Source of the DNA: Octopus sinensis
Taxonomy: Eukaryota
Reading direction: 5' to 3'
NCBI RefSeq assembly: GCF_006345805.1
Contig: NC_042999.1
Coordinates: forward strand, 169,074,001-169,138,000
Length of the DNA: 64,000 bases
The position numbers and the translations under genes are program-made. Shown here piece after piece: positions 10,386 through 25,666 of the stretch (positions are counted from its first letter, which is position 1; each line of letters opens with the position of its first letter). A model generated the notes under the pieces. That model was not told the DNA's origin, ran no database searches, and saw nothing but the letters and a program-made list of their open reading frames with translations.

Positions 10386-13300
10386 CTGTTGGTGAACACT
10401 AAGTTTTTTTTTTTCATATTTTTTCTTCATATTTATGTCTTGAGATGTTTGTAATTCTGGACATGTTTCATATATATGTGGTTAACATTTTTTACAGCTG
10501 TGCCACATGCCTGCAACCATTGGCACTTTGTGATTAGTAATTATTTTTAGACAAGTACATTCTTCATGTTTGTGCCTGTCCTAGGAATGTAACAATGAAT
10601 GATCCAGGTACAGTTAAATTAAACTTTAAAGATATTTAATCACTGAATTTCTTTATTTGATAATTAATGAACATCTTCTAGACCTACTTCTGGAGGAGTA
10701 AGAGTGACAATGTGCTGGTTCTTCTGAGGCACAATCACTGTAGAATTATGAGTTCAAAGGTTGTTAAAGAGATTTTGTTGGTCCTTGTGAGTAAGGCCTA
10801 TTATCTAGCTGATAATTTAGCATCAAAGAAGACATTTTATTGGTATGTATAACACCATTAGTGGTATCTAATTGAATTTTTTTTTTAGTTTTATATTTAA
10901 CTTTTTACAGAAGTGAATTTAGTTATTTTTCTGGCATTATACTTTTTTACAGTGGTTGTGACTTTAAATTACTTTGACTTTTGGCTATTTGTAGCTAACT
11001 TTTTAAGGCTCCATGCATTACATATGTTAATTTAGCTATTCTGTATTAGTTATGTGTATGCCTCTTACCAAAGCCTTAGTCTATACATTGCAACCCCCCC
11101 CCCCCAAAAAAAAAAACCATGAATGAGTTGCCATCAGTTGGGAGAATGTATGAATATTTATTTAATTCACGAGCAAATACTTAAGTTTGTAAAAGAAACA
11201 TAACGTTCAAAATGGAATAGATGCAAACACAGATTTCTATGATGGCATGATTTTTACTTATTGATGATTTTATTATTTTTTTTTTGTCTTTTAGACAACA
11301 GTGACAGAATGGCTTAGTAAGATTGGTTTAGGTATGTGAAATGAGACTTTTCACAAGGTCTTGTGAATTACTAATTGAGACCACACCACTTGAAAACTAT
11401 TTTCATCTGATGTATTAAAGGTCATGCAGCCTAGTAGCTGTTGTATTTCTACAGATCATTAACAATGACTAGGAATTACTGGCACAAATCACAAAATACA
11501 AAGGCTCATCTAGGAATTGAAACTTGGTTACAGATTCTTTGTAAATTATAAACCTTTTATTGTTTAGCCTCAGATCTAATTGAGCAGAGCTGTGATCAAA
11601 AGTGCTTTAACTTACGGTGGATTCCAGTATTTCAGTTTATTCCACCTTTATGGTACACCTGTTGTGCATTAAATTCAACTGATGATATAGTGATGTGCAC
11701 AATTCTTCTTTATCAAAATTTTGTTGCATACCCATTTGAATATTAGCTGATGATTCATTTTCTATAGTGATGTTTAAACAAAATTTTAATATTTTTACCT
11801 TTTGCTCAATTTACCTGGATTTACCTGTAATTAAAGTCACTTTGAGACAAAAGTTATGCAAGAGAATTGATTAAGAACCCTTTCTTTAATTATGTTCCAA
11901 ATATCACATTAATATGTTGATAAGTGAAAAAGTTAGTTATTTAATGAAACAAGCCTAAATTCATGATTATTTTAGAATTTAATTGAAACTCACGAGGGGT
12001 GTATTTTGGTCAGAAATATAGTAACGAAAGGGTTAAAAAAGGAATAATAAATTGGCCAATGTAATTCTTGATATATAAAGAGGCTAATGGTCATGGATGG
12101 AATGACATTCTAATGGTCATGGATGGAATGACATTATAGGTATGTTCAACCTAGGCTGACCTGGGGCTAAACAGCAGCAACTTATTTAAGGTGAAGTTGA
12201 TTTAGCTTTGAGAGTTAAGTATTTTGGTCATGGACACACTACAAAGTAAGCACAATGAACTCTCAGCTGTTTGTTTGGTATTCCATTCCCACAGTCATCC
12301 ATACCCATGTTTGGTATTCCATTCACTCAGTCATTCATAACTCATATTACTGGTAATTATTTCATTTACCATTGCAAGTTAGTAGCCAGAATCAGTTATT
12401 TTATTTGACTAAAACATACAGCTTTAGTGTATGGAGAACAAAAAAAATACATTTGCAAATAAATATATTTTGAAAATATATTGTAAATGACTGCCAGTCA
12501 GCTTTCACCAAAGATCTACCAACCTGCATCTGCACCGAAAGAAGCAATTCATAGCACTAACAAAATGTAATGTATTTAGAGCACAACTTTTCTTTACCAC
12601 CCCTCTCTACTGGTCTCAAAGATTATTTGCACTATTACGTAGATTTTTTTTTTCTCTATTCTCTTTATATATTTCAGAAGGTGTACTTGTTTCTCAACTT
12701 TAGGTGCCAAAGAGTATGATAAGGAAAACAAAATAGCCTAGTACCCTAAAAACAATTATTGCTATTCTAATAAATGTTTTTCTATAGAAATGTAGTGATA
12801 TGTGTAACTTGAAACTGGCATCACCAAGTCAAATATTTTAAAGGTCGAGTGAATTGTTTGGGTTGGCAGTAGTGATAATGGTGATAGTTGTAGTATTAGT
12901 AGTAATGTTTTTTTTGAGAAGTTAGAGGAAAAGGCAGGTGTAGTACTCAGTCACTGACTTAGAATGGATAAATATAATCTTTGGTAGAGAAATTGGTGGG
13001 TGGCTATGTAGATAGGATGGGTTATAATAAAGGTTGATTATAATCAAAGAGAATGCAGGTGCAATGTGAGATTAGGAGTAATATATATATTTACTTAGTG
13101 TCCAGTTGAATGCTAATAAAAATGTCTGATTCAATTGAAACATTTCAAATATGTCAGATGATGTAATAACATAAGCCATTGTGTAATGTTATACTGTTTA
13201 AAGTTTTGCATCTCAGAGAACTATTTGAGAGAGTTTGCTTCATTTTTCTACTGCTTCATAATCTTTTTCAAAATACTAATAATTATAGATTAATGAGTGG

Positions 13301-14372
13301 AATAAGGTTGTTTAAACCAAAGTTAGTTTTGATTGACATTCTAGCCATGACTAATTCCTCTTTTAGTATATCTAAGGCTAGATGTGTACATTCTTTTTTA
13401 AGAAGGTGGGTGTGATTTGAAAGAGTTTGGTTGCTATTTCCAATAGGTTGAGCAGTTGCATAGTTAACTGTAGTCTTTCAATCAGTTTTCTCCTTTCTGG
13501 TTTTGAAAAATCTAATTTCTTACAAATCTCAGTGCCCAAATAATTATCTGTGGGTCAAGTAGCTGTAGATTTCTCAATAGTTTAGCGTAGGTATTTTTTG
13601 TCACTGATCTTTAACCTTATGTTCACATCTGCTAGGCACTGTGCACAGTTTCCCTGCTCTGACCCAAATCACTCTATATTTACATTTTATTCAGGTTTCC
13701 ACTGGACATTTCACCAGTACTTATTATGAATGGCTATGACCGCTACCATATTGTGGGTTCTTATTTCTTTGGCCTCAGGATTATCCTTCTGACAGATCTC
13801 ATTGTACAGTGTCTTGGCTACATCATCATATCTCATTGATAGATAATACTGCAATGATATTTTGGGACAACTGCTTATGATGTAGGTGATATCTTCAGTG
13901 TTAATTCCACAAAGTCTGCATCAGTTATTGCATTTTGGTATTTTTCCTGCATCTGTGTCCCTTTTGTGCATCAGGTATGCAGTTTAGAAATGTAGTTTGG
14001 TTTCTTGGTGTAGGGTGTGCGAAAAGTTTGTTGTTACGTTACATGTGGGTGGGACACACTGCTTCTAGCATTCACTTTTGCTGGTGTGGGCAGGTTTTTT
14101 CTAGAATCTCATATTGCCCAACATTTTATGATCAGTCCTCACCACTTCATCCCATGTCTTCTTGGGTCTCCCTCTATCACAGGTACCCATCCACTTTCAT
14201 TGACAAGCACTTCTGTATACAGTTGTCTTCACTTATACACATCACATGTCCAAACCAATGCATTCTCCTTTCCTGCATGCCACATTTAATCCCTTTTATG
14301 CCTAACTTTTCTCTCAATACAGTTGTACTTTGTTGGTCATGCACACTGATGTTTCAAATCCAACAGAGCATA

Positions 14373-15663
14373 CGAGGGGTGTTCAATAAGTAATGCCCCT
14401 GACCCACTTCCCATAGCAGTAGAGCAACGAAACTTGGCACAGTTATTAGTCTTTTTCTACATAGGAGCCACCTAGAGTTACGCATTTCTCCCGTCGTTTG
14501 ATACAGCTCTGGAGACCGTTTTTGTAGAAGACCCCAGTTTGGTCCTCCAACCACGACGTGACTTCAGAAATCAAGGCTGCATCATCTGGGAAACGCTTTC
14601 CTTTCAAAAACAACTTCGTGGCTGGGAAGAGGTAAAAATCAGAGGGTGCACGGTCAGGAGAGTAGGGGGGTGGGGGAGGAGTTCATAGCCATATGCCTGT
14701 GCTTCTGATCTGGCGACACGCGAGTTGTGGACCGGAGCGTTGTCCTGCAGGAGGAGGATGCCTTTGCTGATCTTGCTCTGCCACTTGATTTTGATAGCTT
14801 CTCTTAATTTCTTCAAAAGTGAAGCATAATAGGCTCCTGTAATTGTGGTACCCTTTGCCAGGAAATCTGTCATCACTACTCTGTCCTGGTCCCAGAAGAC
14901 TGTGAGCATGACCTTGTCAGAGGAGGGCTGCACCCTTGCCTTCTTTGGAGGAGGTGAGTCACGGTGCTTCCACTGCATTGACTGGGCTTTGGTCTCTGGA
15001 TCATAGTGATGGACTCAGGTTTCATCCTGTGTAATCAATCTTCTGAAAAATTTTGACTCATCTTCTTGGCACATCTCCAAATTCATCCTCGAGCACTCGA
15101 CGCGTTCTTGCTTCTGGAAAGGTGTGAGCAACCTGGGAATCCATCTGGCAGACACCTTTTGCATATGCAAATGGTCATGAATGATAGTTTCCACAGACCC
15201 GGTACTAATCTTGACCTCATGGGCTATTTGGTGAATAGTTATGCGTCGATCTTCCAAAATGGCAGCCTCAACTTGACGGACAGATGCCTCATCAATGGCA
15301 GAAGGGGGCGACCAGATCTGGGAGCTGTTTCCACAGAGTTCCGACCATGTTTAAATTCACGATGCCAGTGTTTTACAAGGTCATATGATGGGGCATCATC
15401 ACCATAAGTTACTTTCATTTCATCAAAAGTCTCCCGTGGTGTGCGTCCTTTCAAATACAAAAACTGGATCACTGCTCGACACTCAACTGGCTCCATTTCA
15501 CACTTGACTCTGTTCAAACACCTGTAAATCAGAAACCACAATTAGTTCAGAGCTGTAATTTGCCTCTTAATCTATAGAGATATAAATGATTGCACATGCA
15601 AAATTTCAGCTAGATCAAACAACTGCAAGTGGGTCAGGGGCATTACTTATTGAACGTCCCTCG
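14373..15663 (-). mobile_element. Full-length mariner (Tc1/mariner) transposon, transposase pseudogenised; nested in an RTE fragment (~14120-15880, -)
   Basis: TA|CGAGGGGTGTTCAATAAGTAATGCCCCTGACCCACTT ... AAGTGGGTCAGGGGCATTACTTATTGAACGTCCCTCG|TA; 1291 bp. ORF pieces give HTH, WIPRLL, TQDET, LQDNAPVH. Confidence 0.96.
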
Positions 15664-16789
15664 TATTACCTTCATTCCTCTCCAGTCTACACATGTCTTC
15701 TGCATTCAGAGCCCATGTCTTATCTACTTTCTTGCTAACAACAACTTTAGTCTTTGCTAACTTAACTTTAAGGTCCTTTGATTCCAGGTTTTGTTTCCAA
15801 ACTTGGAACTTCTCCATTTCTGCTTCAGATTCTGCAATAAGAACAAAATCATCAGCATAAAGCAGTTCCCATGGGCTGATGATGAGAGAGAGAGAGAGAG
15901 TGTGTGTGTGTGTGTGTGTGCACTCTCTCTCTCTCTCTCTCTCTCACAGAGTAAGAAGATAAATGAAAGTGGTACCTAACGCATGGGTAGGAGTTATATT
16001 ATTTAATAATAGTTTGATTTGGCTCCATGCATATCATGGGCTCATTAAATAAACCTGTCTCATGAAGCATAGTTAACAGAATGGAGCAAGTTTAAGATAG
16101 CTACTAGAGATTGGGCTGCTATTTGTCAAGGCATGTCACACTGTTGGTATTGATATGGTAGTGACATCAGATGCATATCCCAATCTGTATTTCTAGGCTT
16201 GCGTGCTTGGACAGTATTTTAGTGCCACCTCTCTGTCTGGGAAATGGAATGAGTGTTACTTGCAACACCAGTTTTTTGGTGTGGGTGTACCTGTTGTATA
16301 GGTGTCTAAGTGTGTATCTGTATATGTGTTTGTGTGTATGTGAGTTGATCGTATCAGCTCATCTGGTATGTGTATGCATCTATGTAGGTGTGTAGGGCAG
16401 TATCTGATGTATGTGTGCCTGCATATCTGCATGATTGGGTGTGTGTATATTTACATTTAGTGTGTATGTATATGCATAGCTCTGGTATTTGTGCATACAT
16501 GTACATCTGGTATGTACACATCTGGAACTGGTGTGTGAGTATGTGTGAACTGATGTACTGGTGTGCTGTGCTTGGTACTCTGTGGTAGCAACAGCATCAT
16601 TTGTGGGGAAACCAGAATTGTTCTTGGATTAAAATTTGGTGGAAGACCCTTGTCCAAGATGTTGCACAGTGAGAGAGAACTCAAGACCATGTGGTAACAA
16701 AGTGTACTACATATTCATATAGCCAGGCATCTTGATTTTGCCTGAAGCAATTTATGGTTGTGATTAGCTGTGTATTCTTATATTCTTTT

Positions 16790-16994
16790 TACTCATTTCA
16801 GTCATTTTGACTGGCCATGCTGGAGCATCACCTATTAATTAGTTGAAGAATTCGATCCCTGGACTTGTTCTTTGTAAGCCTGGTACTTTTTCTATTAGCC
16901 TCTTTTACTGAACCGCTAAGTTATGGGGACGTAAACACACCCACATCGGTTGTCAAGTGATGGTAGGAGGACAAACACTGACACAAACACGCAA

Positions 16995-17038
<44 letters not shown>

Positions 17039-17200
17039 CAGGCTTCTTTCAGTTTCCATCTACCATATCCACTCACATAGCTTTGGTTGGCCTGAGGATA
17101 TAGTAGAAGACACTTGCCCAAGGTACCGCACTGTGGGACTGAACCTAGGACCATGTGGTTGGGAAGCAAACTTCTTACCACACAAACATGCCTGCACCTC
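16790..17200 (-). mobile_element. tRNA-derived SINE with internal microsatellite (family S1)
   Basis: Diverged reverse-complement match to 18438-18838. Confidence 0.85.
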
Positions 17201-18437
17201 AGAATATTATAATACAAGTCATTGAAACTGAATAAGTTTGTCATCATAGTGTTTATTGCATACACTGAGGCCAGTTGTTCTATTACATACACAAATTAAA
17301 TGACTATTCACAAAATGTCTTAGTGCTTTCTTTGATATGAGAATTAGGAATTAATTGTTACAGTTTTAAAGCTCAAATACACTTTATGTCACTTGGAGCA
17401 GCACAATCACTTTCTCTCACATTCATAAAAAACATGTTTTCAGTTCTTCCCCCAACTCAAGAAAATTACAGTTTTTTCCTCCTGAATAGTCTTAATTTCT
17501 CCAGGCAATGATTAATTTTTGCCTTTTGTTTATGCTACAAACAAAGGATCCACTAATTCTAAATTGCCTGATTGCTTCTTGATTTCCTGTTTTCTTTAAT
17601 ATTTAAAGCTTTTCTCCAATTGTATAAGAGTAATGATGCTCAAAGCATTCAAACTGGAAATAATACTGTGATTACCTCTATACAAAAGTGACACGTAAAT
17701 TGCAAAGAAAAATAAGCATGTACACTGATTTCTGTATTTTTGTATTGAACCATACATCTTAAAATGCACAAATATGCTTACTAACACTGATAGAAAGTCA
17801 TGGCAGCATGAAAACTATAATTTCATTTTCATTATCCTTTATTTAGTTCTTCTGTAACCTTGAGTGATGATTCAAACCCATTGCCCTCTTCAATGCACGT
17901 TGGCATGACTAATAAATGACAGTTGAAAGGATAAAAGGAGTGCTTGCAACATAGCATTGTAGTTTCACGTCCCATACTGAATGCAATCCATGCTGAGTGT
18001 CAACATCTTATAGTTTCAGTTGTACTGGTAAATTTGAATTTTGGTAGATAACAAATGTTGTTTAACTGGATTTTTCATCCATGCCCAATTATAAAGAAAT
18101 GTTACAAAGAACTTCTTACAAAAGTTCTTACTACTGTTAGTATCTAAAAAAAACTGTAGTCAGCAGAAGTTGTTAAAGAAAAAAGGACTTTATATTCAGA
18201 ACTGTTACAACACACTATACTCACTGTACTAAAATTTTGGTTTTTGTACCTGTTGCTCAAGGCCATGTATAATTATCATCATGGTTCTGGAAGATCATGC
18301 TGTTACACATATAAAAAAGTATGATCATGCTGTTACACATGTAAATACGGTACTTTAGAGATAGGTAGTGTTGAGCAAGTATTGAAAGGTAGTGGATGTT
18401 CTAGATTATTTTATTTAGAACTTTATATTTAAGTATA

Positions 18438-18838
18438 GGCGCAGGAGTGGCTGTGTGGTAAGTAGCTTGCTAACCAACCACATGGTTCCGGGTTCAGTCC
18501 CACTGCGTGGCACCTTGGGCAAGTGTCTTCTGCTATAGCCCCGGGCCGACCAATGCCTTGTGAGTGAATTTGGTAGACGGAAACTGAAAGAAGCCTGTTG
18601 TATATATGTATATATATATATGTATGTGTGTTTGTGTGTCTGTGTTTGTCTCCCTAGCATTGCTTGACAACCGATGCTGGTGTGTGTTTACGTCCCTGTC
18701 ACTTAGCGGTTCGGCAAAAGAGACCGATAGAATAAGTACTGGGCTTACAAAGAATAAGTCCCGGGGTTGATTTGCTCGACTAAAGGTGGTGCTCCAGCAT
18801 GGCCGCAGTCAAATGACTGAAACAAGTAAAAGAGTAAG
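18438..18838 (+). mobile_element. tRNA-derived SINE, full length (family S1; resembles octopus OR-type SINEs)
   Basis: ggcgcaggagtggctgtgtggtaag (A box) ... gggttcagtccc (B-box-like), central (TA/TG)n, 3' ggtgctccagcatggccgcagtcaaatgactgaaac + (AAGAGTA)n. Confidence 0.9.
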
Positions 18839-19824
18839 TAAATTCCATTAGAAACAGTTTCATAGGTCCATGAAAGTGCAGTACATAGATATGTACTGAG
18901 TGAGAAAAATGATACACTTAAATTTCACAAGTTCACAGGTGTGCAAATTAAATTACTGTTTTTGTTTTCAGGCTAAAACCATTTTTTTCTGAAAAGGATT
19001 TTTAGAAATTCTGTTAGCTTCCAGCTTCAAATTTGATTGCGGATGATGGTTTCTCCACCCTTGCTCATTCATTTGATTTGCTGGAAGTAGCAGTCAAATT
19101 TCTTATAAATAATATAATACTTTCTGAAAATAGGAATGATACATTGGAAATAATGAAAAAATTTTGAAACATCCCAAAATCTTACTTCACTGTAATCATA
19201 ACATATAATTAATTATAGTAATCAGGTAATATGAACTTCACTTTTTTTAAAAATATTATTTCTTATCTGGTTTGTAACAAGATTGAATATAATCATTGGT
19301 GATTATAACAGATACAATATACAGAGGATCCAATTAAAAATTAAAACACTCTTCTATCAAGTTGTTGGTCTTCGCCTCTCTTTATCTCCCTGAATACACA
19401 AAATATGGAAGAGGTTATAATGAGCATTTTTGTAACATTCTTTTAAATCTTTAACCTTCAGATTACTTTGTCAAATACAATGCTTATTTATTCACAGTGT
19501 TTTGAATTAACCATGCATTATCTTGTACCATAAGGTTTTGATGTTATTGTTTATTTTTAGAAAGACAAGGATAAGTGGAAAAGGTTGGATCTGGTCAGGT
19601 TGAACGTAAAACAGGCAGACTATTTGGGTCAGATATGACCAGTTTAAATGCTAGAGAGTGAAATGTACTTAGTTATTTTTAGTATCTCACATCAACTCTG
19701 ACACCTTCTTGAAGCAATTAAATGTTTGGTAGTGCCCTATAGGTCATATGCTTTGGAGATATCAAAGTTTAATTTGTTTTTAGGGACCATATTATACATT
19801 CTGCCATGTAATATTTTATTATTA

Positions 19825-20031
19825 CTCTTTTACTCTTTTACAAGTTTCAGTCATTTGACTGTGGCCATGCTGGAGCACCGCCTTTAGTCGAGCAAATCGA
19901 CCCCGGGATTTATTCTTTGTAAGCCCAGTACTTATTCTATCGGTCTCTTTTGTCGAACCGCTAAGTGACGGGGACGTAAACACACCAGCATCGGTTGTCA
20001 AGCAATGCTAGGGGGACAAACACACACACAT

Positions 20032-20072
<41 letters not shown>

Positions 20073-20128
20073 ACAGGCTTCTTTCAGTTTCTGTCTACCA
20101 AATCCACTCACAAGGCATTGGTCGGCCC
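19825..20128 (-). mobile_element. S1 SINE, 5'-truncated
   Basis: Reverse complement of the 3' two-thirds of 18438-18838; ends ~140 bp upstream of the exon acceptor. Confidence 0.88.
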
Positions 20129-20220
20129 TTAAACAAAATGTATCTATATTTTTTCTTTCAGCCTATGAAATCCTATAACGAACAGTTCTTCATTAACATT
20201 ACTTTTGTATATCTTACTAA

Positions 20221-20478
<258 letters not shown>

Positions 20479-20479
20479 T

Positions 20480-20522
<43 letters not shown>

Positions 20523-21153
20523 CACACAAAACTTCTTTGTAAAAGCATATATAAAACTATAGTGCACATATCCTGTGTATGTGGGGAAGGAAGCAGTTTT
20601 TAGATCTGTATACTGGTATTGTATGTATAGGAAAAATAGCTGAGTGGATAGTGTCTTGGGTTACCAGCTCATGGGGTACAAGTATATCTTTCATTGTAAG
20701 TACTTTATTGTATTCATTGGCAAGGTAGTTAATTCTAATTGTTTCTACTTACCTGACTGAATAATGGGTAGTAGGTCTTCTGAGAGGCTGGTGATAAAAG
20801 ATCTATTTGACAAAAATGTATGGCATTCATTAGTTTTCATTGTTTCATTTTAAAGTTATGATATCTATAACAATGCTGAGGCTTTCTTAAATATGCATGA
20901 AAGCTGAGGAATCTGAGTAGGGGTGAAAGTGAAACTAAGAACTGAAACCTTGGATCATTACTAATTACTACAATGATAATGTCAGCACTTGTGATAATCA
21001 GCCATCTTTTAGTGCTTGTTGTGTCACTTGTTAGTGTACTGTTGTTAAAAAAGAAGTCCCAATTTTTGTGTAGTCATTTGAGCTGCTCAGTGTGGTAACC
21101 AAATAATCGACAGCATTATTTTATATGAGGACTTTCTTTCTTTTATATGAGGA

Positions 21154-21548
21154 CTAGCAGTATCGCCCGGCGTTGCTCGGGTTTGTAAGGGAAATAACTA
21201 TATAAGCATTTTTAGAGATGTAAAGTATAATAGCCATCTCAATATGGCTAACCACAAAGGGGGGGGGGTTACTGTAGCTTTTTACGTTCTGAAATTTAAT
21301 AATAAATTTTTAGAGAGTTACTTCCCTTATATATGCCAAAAATGCATTAAAAATGGGAAAATTGATGGTAATTTTTTTTTAAATCGTAGACTCATCGTAA
21401 ACGCGCGCTAGTACCCAGAAGGGCTCGATATGAATCACGACTATAAGATACTCGGTTTTGGTTAAACTGCACCACAAAATGTGGGAGTAGTTAGGAATCT
21501 AAATCATAGGAGACAGACAGCACACAACCTCACTTTTATATATAAAGA
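21154..21548 (-). mobile_element. Non-autonomous Helitron-like element
   Basis: On the - strand: A|TCTTTATATATAAAAG ... CCCGAGCAACGCCGGG hairpin ... CTAG|T. Second copy at 29456-29845. Confidence 0.8.
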
Positions 21549-22672
21549 TTATGCTATTTAAAATTGAAATTTTAGGACATGTTACACAATAAAAACATGA
21601 TGGCTAAAAATAGAATGATGACCAAATACTGAGTTTTAGCAAACTAACACAGTTGATGTCTTTTATTTGGATTTCTAACCTTCTGAATCCTTTGGTTAAT
21701 GCCAAGTGTTTGTTTATCTCTTTGCCACATAAGTCTTGATCAAAGACAGCTAGCCCGAGAGACTTAATAATAACAAACGCTGTATCACCAATCATGTATA
21801 TGAAGAAGATTACAGTGAGGCTCCATAAGGAAGCCACAAAAGATTTTGATGGTCTTATTCTACCCATCCTGCTCATCAAGCATTCCCCACATTTCATTTC
21901 CTTAGCACTTACTCTCTATCACTCTTCTGAAATCTATGGCATTACTCGGTGGCTGAAGTTATTTGTGGGCAGAATCAGCATATACTACTCCTTCTTTCTT
22001 TGCACTACCAGTTACCTCTTTCCTTTTGGAGCCACTCCCATTCCTTAATCCTGTTGTTCTCCCTTTCCTCCCCAATCTATTTCCACTGATCATCTCCTCC
22101 TTTCTCTGCCTTCAGTTATCTTTCTCCTCTGCCATGCTCCATGTAACACCTCACATATCCACTTTCATTCTTGGTTCCTTCTCTTATCCTCCATCACACA
22201 TCACTCACAATAACCACCCTTAAGTACCCAAACATCTTCTTTCTCCCCACTCCTTTACCTTGCACATCATCCCCTACCTTCTGATCTATCCTTCCTGAGC
22301 CATTTCTATCCATCTCACCCTACTCATTCTCCATACTGATATTTCCCATCAACTGTATCTGTACTCTTGTTCATCAATCACTAAATTCGCCCCTACCCCT
22401 CTTTCTAACCACCTATTACTCTCCCCTAACAATCTTATGGAAGTCCTTGTTCTCTCACCCCTCTCCTGACCAGCTGTCTGTATTCTTACCTTCTTGTACC
22501 TTTAGAGCTTGCTCTAGCACTCCATCACTACCATTTCTGTCTTCTTCCCAACTACTTCTATATAAAGTGTGGTAGCTGTGTATCTTTTCTATAGCAGAAC
22601 AGTTATGCTTGTCTCTCTGTCATACTTTGGTCTTTTAACATTTGGCATAAAGCCATCTCCCTATCTTAAATA

Positions 22673-22707
<35 letters not shown>

Positions 22708-23177
22708 TTTGTAGCAGGAGCTTTTTCCTTGTTCTTTTTCTGCTTTGAAAGTTACTTGGTAACTTCAGTAGTGCTGGTGGCATGAAAAGGAAAAAAATCC
22801 CACCCAGTACACAAGGTAAAGTGTTGGACATTAGGAAGGACATTCAGCTGTAGAAGCCATATACTGTGAAACCATTTAACTCATGCCAGCATGGAAAATA
22901 GATGTTAAATGATGATGATGATAGTGATGATATCTGGTGGTTCTAATGTTCAGATGAAATTGGACAGTAAATTTTTAACTGAAGTTTTTTATTTCTTAAA
23001 ACTAAGGTCATAAATAATTATAACTAATTAAAAACCTAAAATCACAATTGTTTTATTAGTTATGAACATAACTACCAATAAATGACCATTATTGTGTTCT
23101 GTCGAGTTTATATATTTTATAGCATTTCTTTTTTCATATTTTGGATTTTTAAATGACTTCTAATCACTTGTTAAGCT

Positions 23178-24210
23178 TCATCATCATCATCGTCGTTTAA
23201 CGTCCGTTCTCCATGCTAGCATGGGTTGGACGGTTCGACCGGGGTTCTGGGAAGCCAGAAGGCTGCACCAGGCTCCAGTCTAATCTGGCAATGTTTCTAC
23301 AGCTGGATGCCCTTCCTAACGCCAACCACGTCTTGTCAAAATCATTTTTGGTTTGTTAGTTTACACAGCTCTCTCTCCCACGTGTCCTCTGGAGTCACAA
23401 CCATGTTTTGTTATCATGTAGAATAGCATTCTGTACATAGACAACATACAATCTGCCTTTCACTCTGAGGGAGAGGTCCTTTGTTACTAGCAAATGTATT
23501 AGTTTTCTGAACTTTGCCCAGCCATTTCTTATTTTAATAACTACAATTTCTGAAGCAAAAAAAATATAACCTCTATATTTAGCTTTTGTCAACATGGAGA
23601 AATCTTTTAACAGGTCCCTTGTTCCCTCATCTGGTGGTCAGTGCGGAAGCTAGGTGTAGGTTAGAGCCATACAAGCCATGTACATGCATGCTGTAGTAAG
23701 GTGAAAATTAGTAATCAGTATAGCAGTGAATTTAGTGTGCAGGTACAAGTTCACTAAGAATTGGTTCTTGGTGAACTGATTCTTGATTTATCATAGTCCT
23801 CCAGACCATAGCAGATGAATTTAAAACTTGTTGGTTTTGGAGCTCCTCAATGCTGATGACATTGTTCTTACAGCTGAATCTCAACTAGAATTAGAGAAGA
23901 AATTTCAGGTGTGGAAGCAAGGATTAGAATCAAAGGGCCTTAGAGTTAATTTAGCTAAGACCAAAGTACTAGTAGGAAATCTCTTCAGGGAAATGGGCCT
24001 GCTTGGTATATAAAAAAGGTATAGATAGAAATTTCATACAGTGTACCAAGTGCAAGATATGAACATATAAGAGGTGCAATGGTACCACAGGAATGTTAAC
24101 AGAGAAAGTAGTCTTTGTATGTGGCAGATGTGCAAGTACAATGAGCGCTGAGAATGTACAGGAAATAGACTTCTGTTACCTAGGTGACCTAGTTATGCAC
24201 ACATATACAA
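23178..24210. mobile_element. RTE LINE remnants in inverted configuration (3' part on -, RT/PHD-like part on +)
   Basis: Tail and LRVKGRLY on - (23178-23570); ELLNADDIVL..WKQGLESKGLRVNLAKTKVL on + (23580-24210). Confidence 0.75.
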
Positions 24211-25189
24211 AAGCAACATATATATAAACACTCATACACAAACACATATGTGCATGCACATTTCTGTTTTCAAGGAGAACATGTTGTATGTCATGTGGTT
24301 TGTCAGAGAAGTAAAATATATATGTTAACCATCAAACCAGTAACCATTTCAACCATTTAAAAAAAATTCTTCCTTGTTTGGCATTTAGCATTGAAGATTT
24401 ACACACAATACCTGTTTGTAAACTAAAAATTGTTTTATAAGAAATTTTCTTTGTTTTCTGTGATACTGGGAGTTTTTATTTATGTTTTATTGTTTATCAG
24501 AGTTTATTTTTCTTTCATTTTATTTACTGTTTGGAATATCAAAAACAAAATTACTAAAATAAAATGAATTTTTGAAATTTTCTCTTACCTTTTAGTAAAG
24601 TTTGTTCTTTGATATGATTCCTTATAAACACAAAAGAAAGAAGTATTTTTAGTTATGTTTTGTTCTACAGTAATCTGTTCCCTTTTTGTATGTGCAACAT
24701 CTGCTTTAGCAGTTAATGAAAAATATTTAGATTCATAGCACCATCTTACAAACACTACTATGTAAATATGAATAGAAAATGATAAATTTTATTAGTTTAT
24801 TTCAGAGTAGTGGCTGGCAGAAGAGCAAGATAGAGAACAAAATATTTTGCAGTATTTACTTCTGTCATAATATGCCTTAAATCCAAATTCTTCTAAGGAT
24901 TGAAATTATATTTCATTCTCTTAAAAAATACGTCCATTTAAATCTCCTTGACTCCATAGTTTTCCTAAAAAATGTGTGGCTTTGTGCCAAAGGTAGAAAT
25001 CAATTTTTTATTAGGTAGTGTAGCAGGGATATTGTAGCAACAACACTAATATGTTGGATTACCTTGTCTTCCTATTCCTAAATCAACAGTCCTCTTTATC
25101 CCTTTGGGTCTGATAAAGTAATGCAGGTCTCATACTGATTTGCTTTGATAAGTGGTATCAGGCTACAATATATATATATATATGTATAT

Positions 25190-25400
25190 TCTTTTATTAT
25201 TTTACTTGTTTCAGTCATTTGACTGCAGCCATGCTGGAGCACTACCTTTAGTTGAACAAACTGATCCCAGGATTTATTCTTTGTAAGCCTAGTACTTATT
25301 CTATCAGTCTCATTTGCCAAACCGCGAAGTTATGGGGATAAACACACCAAGATCGGTTGTCAAGCGACAGTGGGGTGACAAACATACACACACACACACA
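25190..25400 (-). mobile_element. S1 SINE 3' half
   Basis: ttttacttgtttcagtcatttgactgcagccatgctggagc... Confidence 0.8.
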
Positions 25401-25570
25401 AATGTATACATATGCATTTTTATAATTATTAGCTGGACCTGTGAAAAATTCATGGAAAACAAAGAAATATGCAAGCATTTGTAAATTGTGTGCTGGTGCT
25501 ATGCGAAATGTTTCTATATTTTGACAGTTACAGAATATAGAAAGAAGTGTAAAACTGATTACTAAAATTC

Positions 25571-25666
25571 TTTTACTTTTGACATATGTTTCGAAGACAA
25601 CATTGGTTTTATTCCAAAGGAATAAACAGTGTAAAATGCAATCTTCTCATCAGGAAAGAAAGAGAG
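25571..25666 (-). ncRNA. Minimal type-I hammerhead ribozyme (intact CUGAUGA core)
   Basis: - strand: cuuuc-CUGAUGA-GAAGA...UCUUC-GAAA-C-AUAU-G-UC|aaaag; palindromic ACAUAUGU stem III; predicted cut between 25581 and 25580. Confidence 0.8.

Noticed and set aside
12084-12340. Short tandem duplications (26-bp ctaatggtcatggatggaatgacatt; tgtttggtattccattc)
   Set aside because: Ordinary slippage duplications; similar ones at ~18293, ~51983 and ~61209.
16290-16590. TG-rich stretch with Cys/Val-rich ORFs
   Set aside because: Degenerate (TG)n microsatellite.
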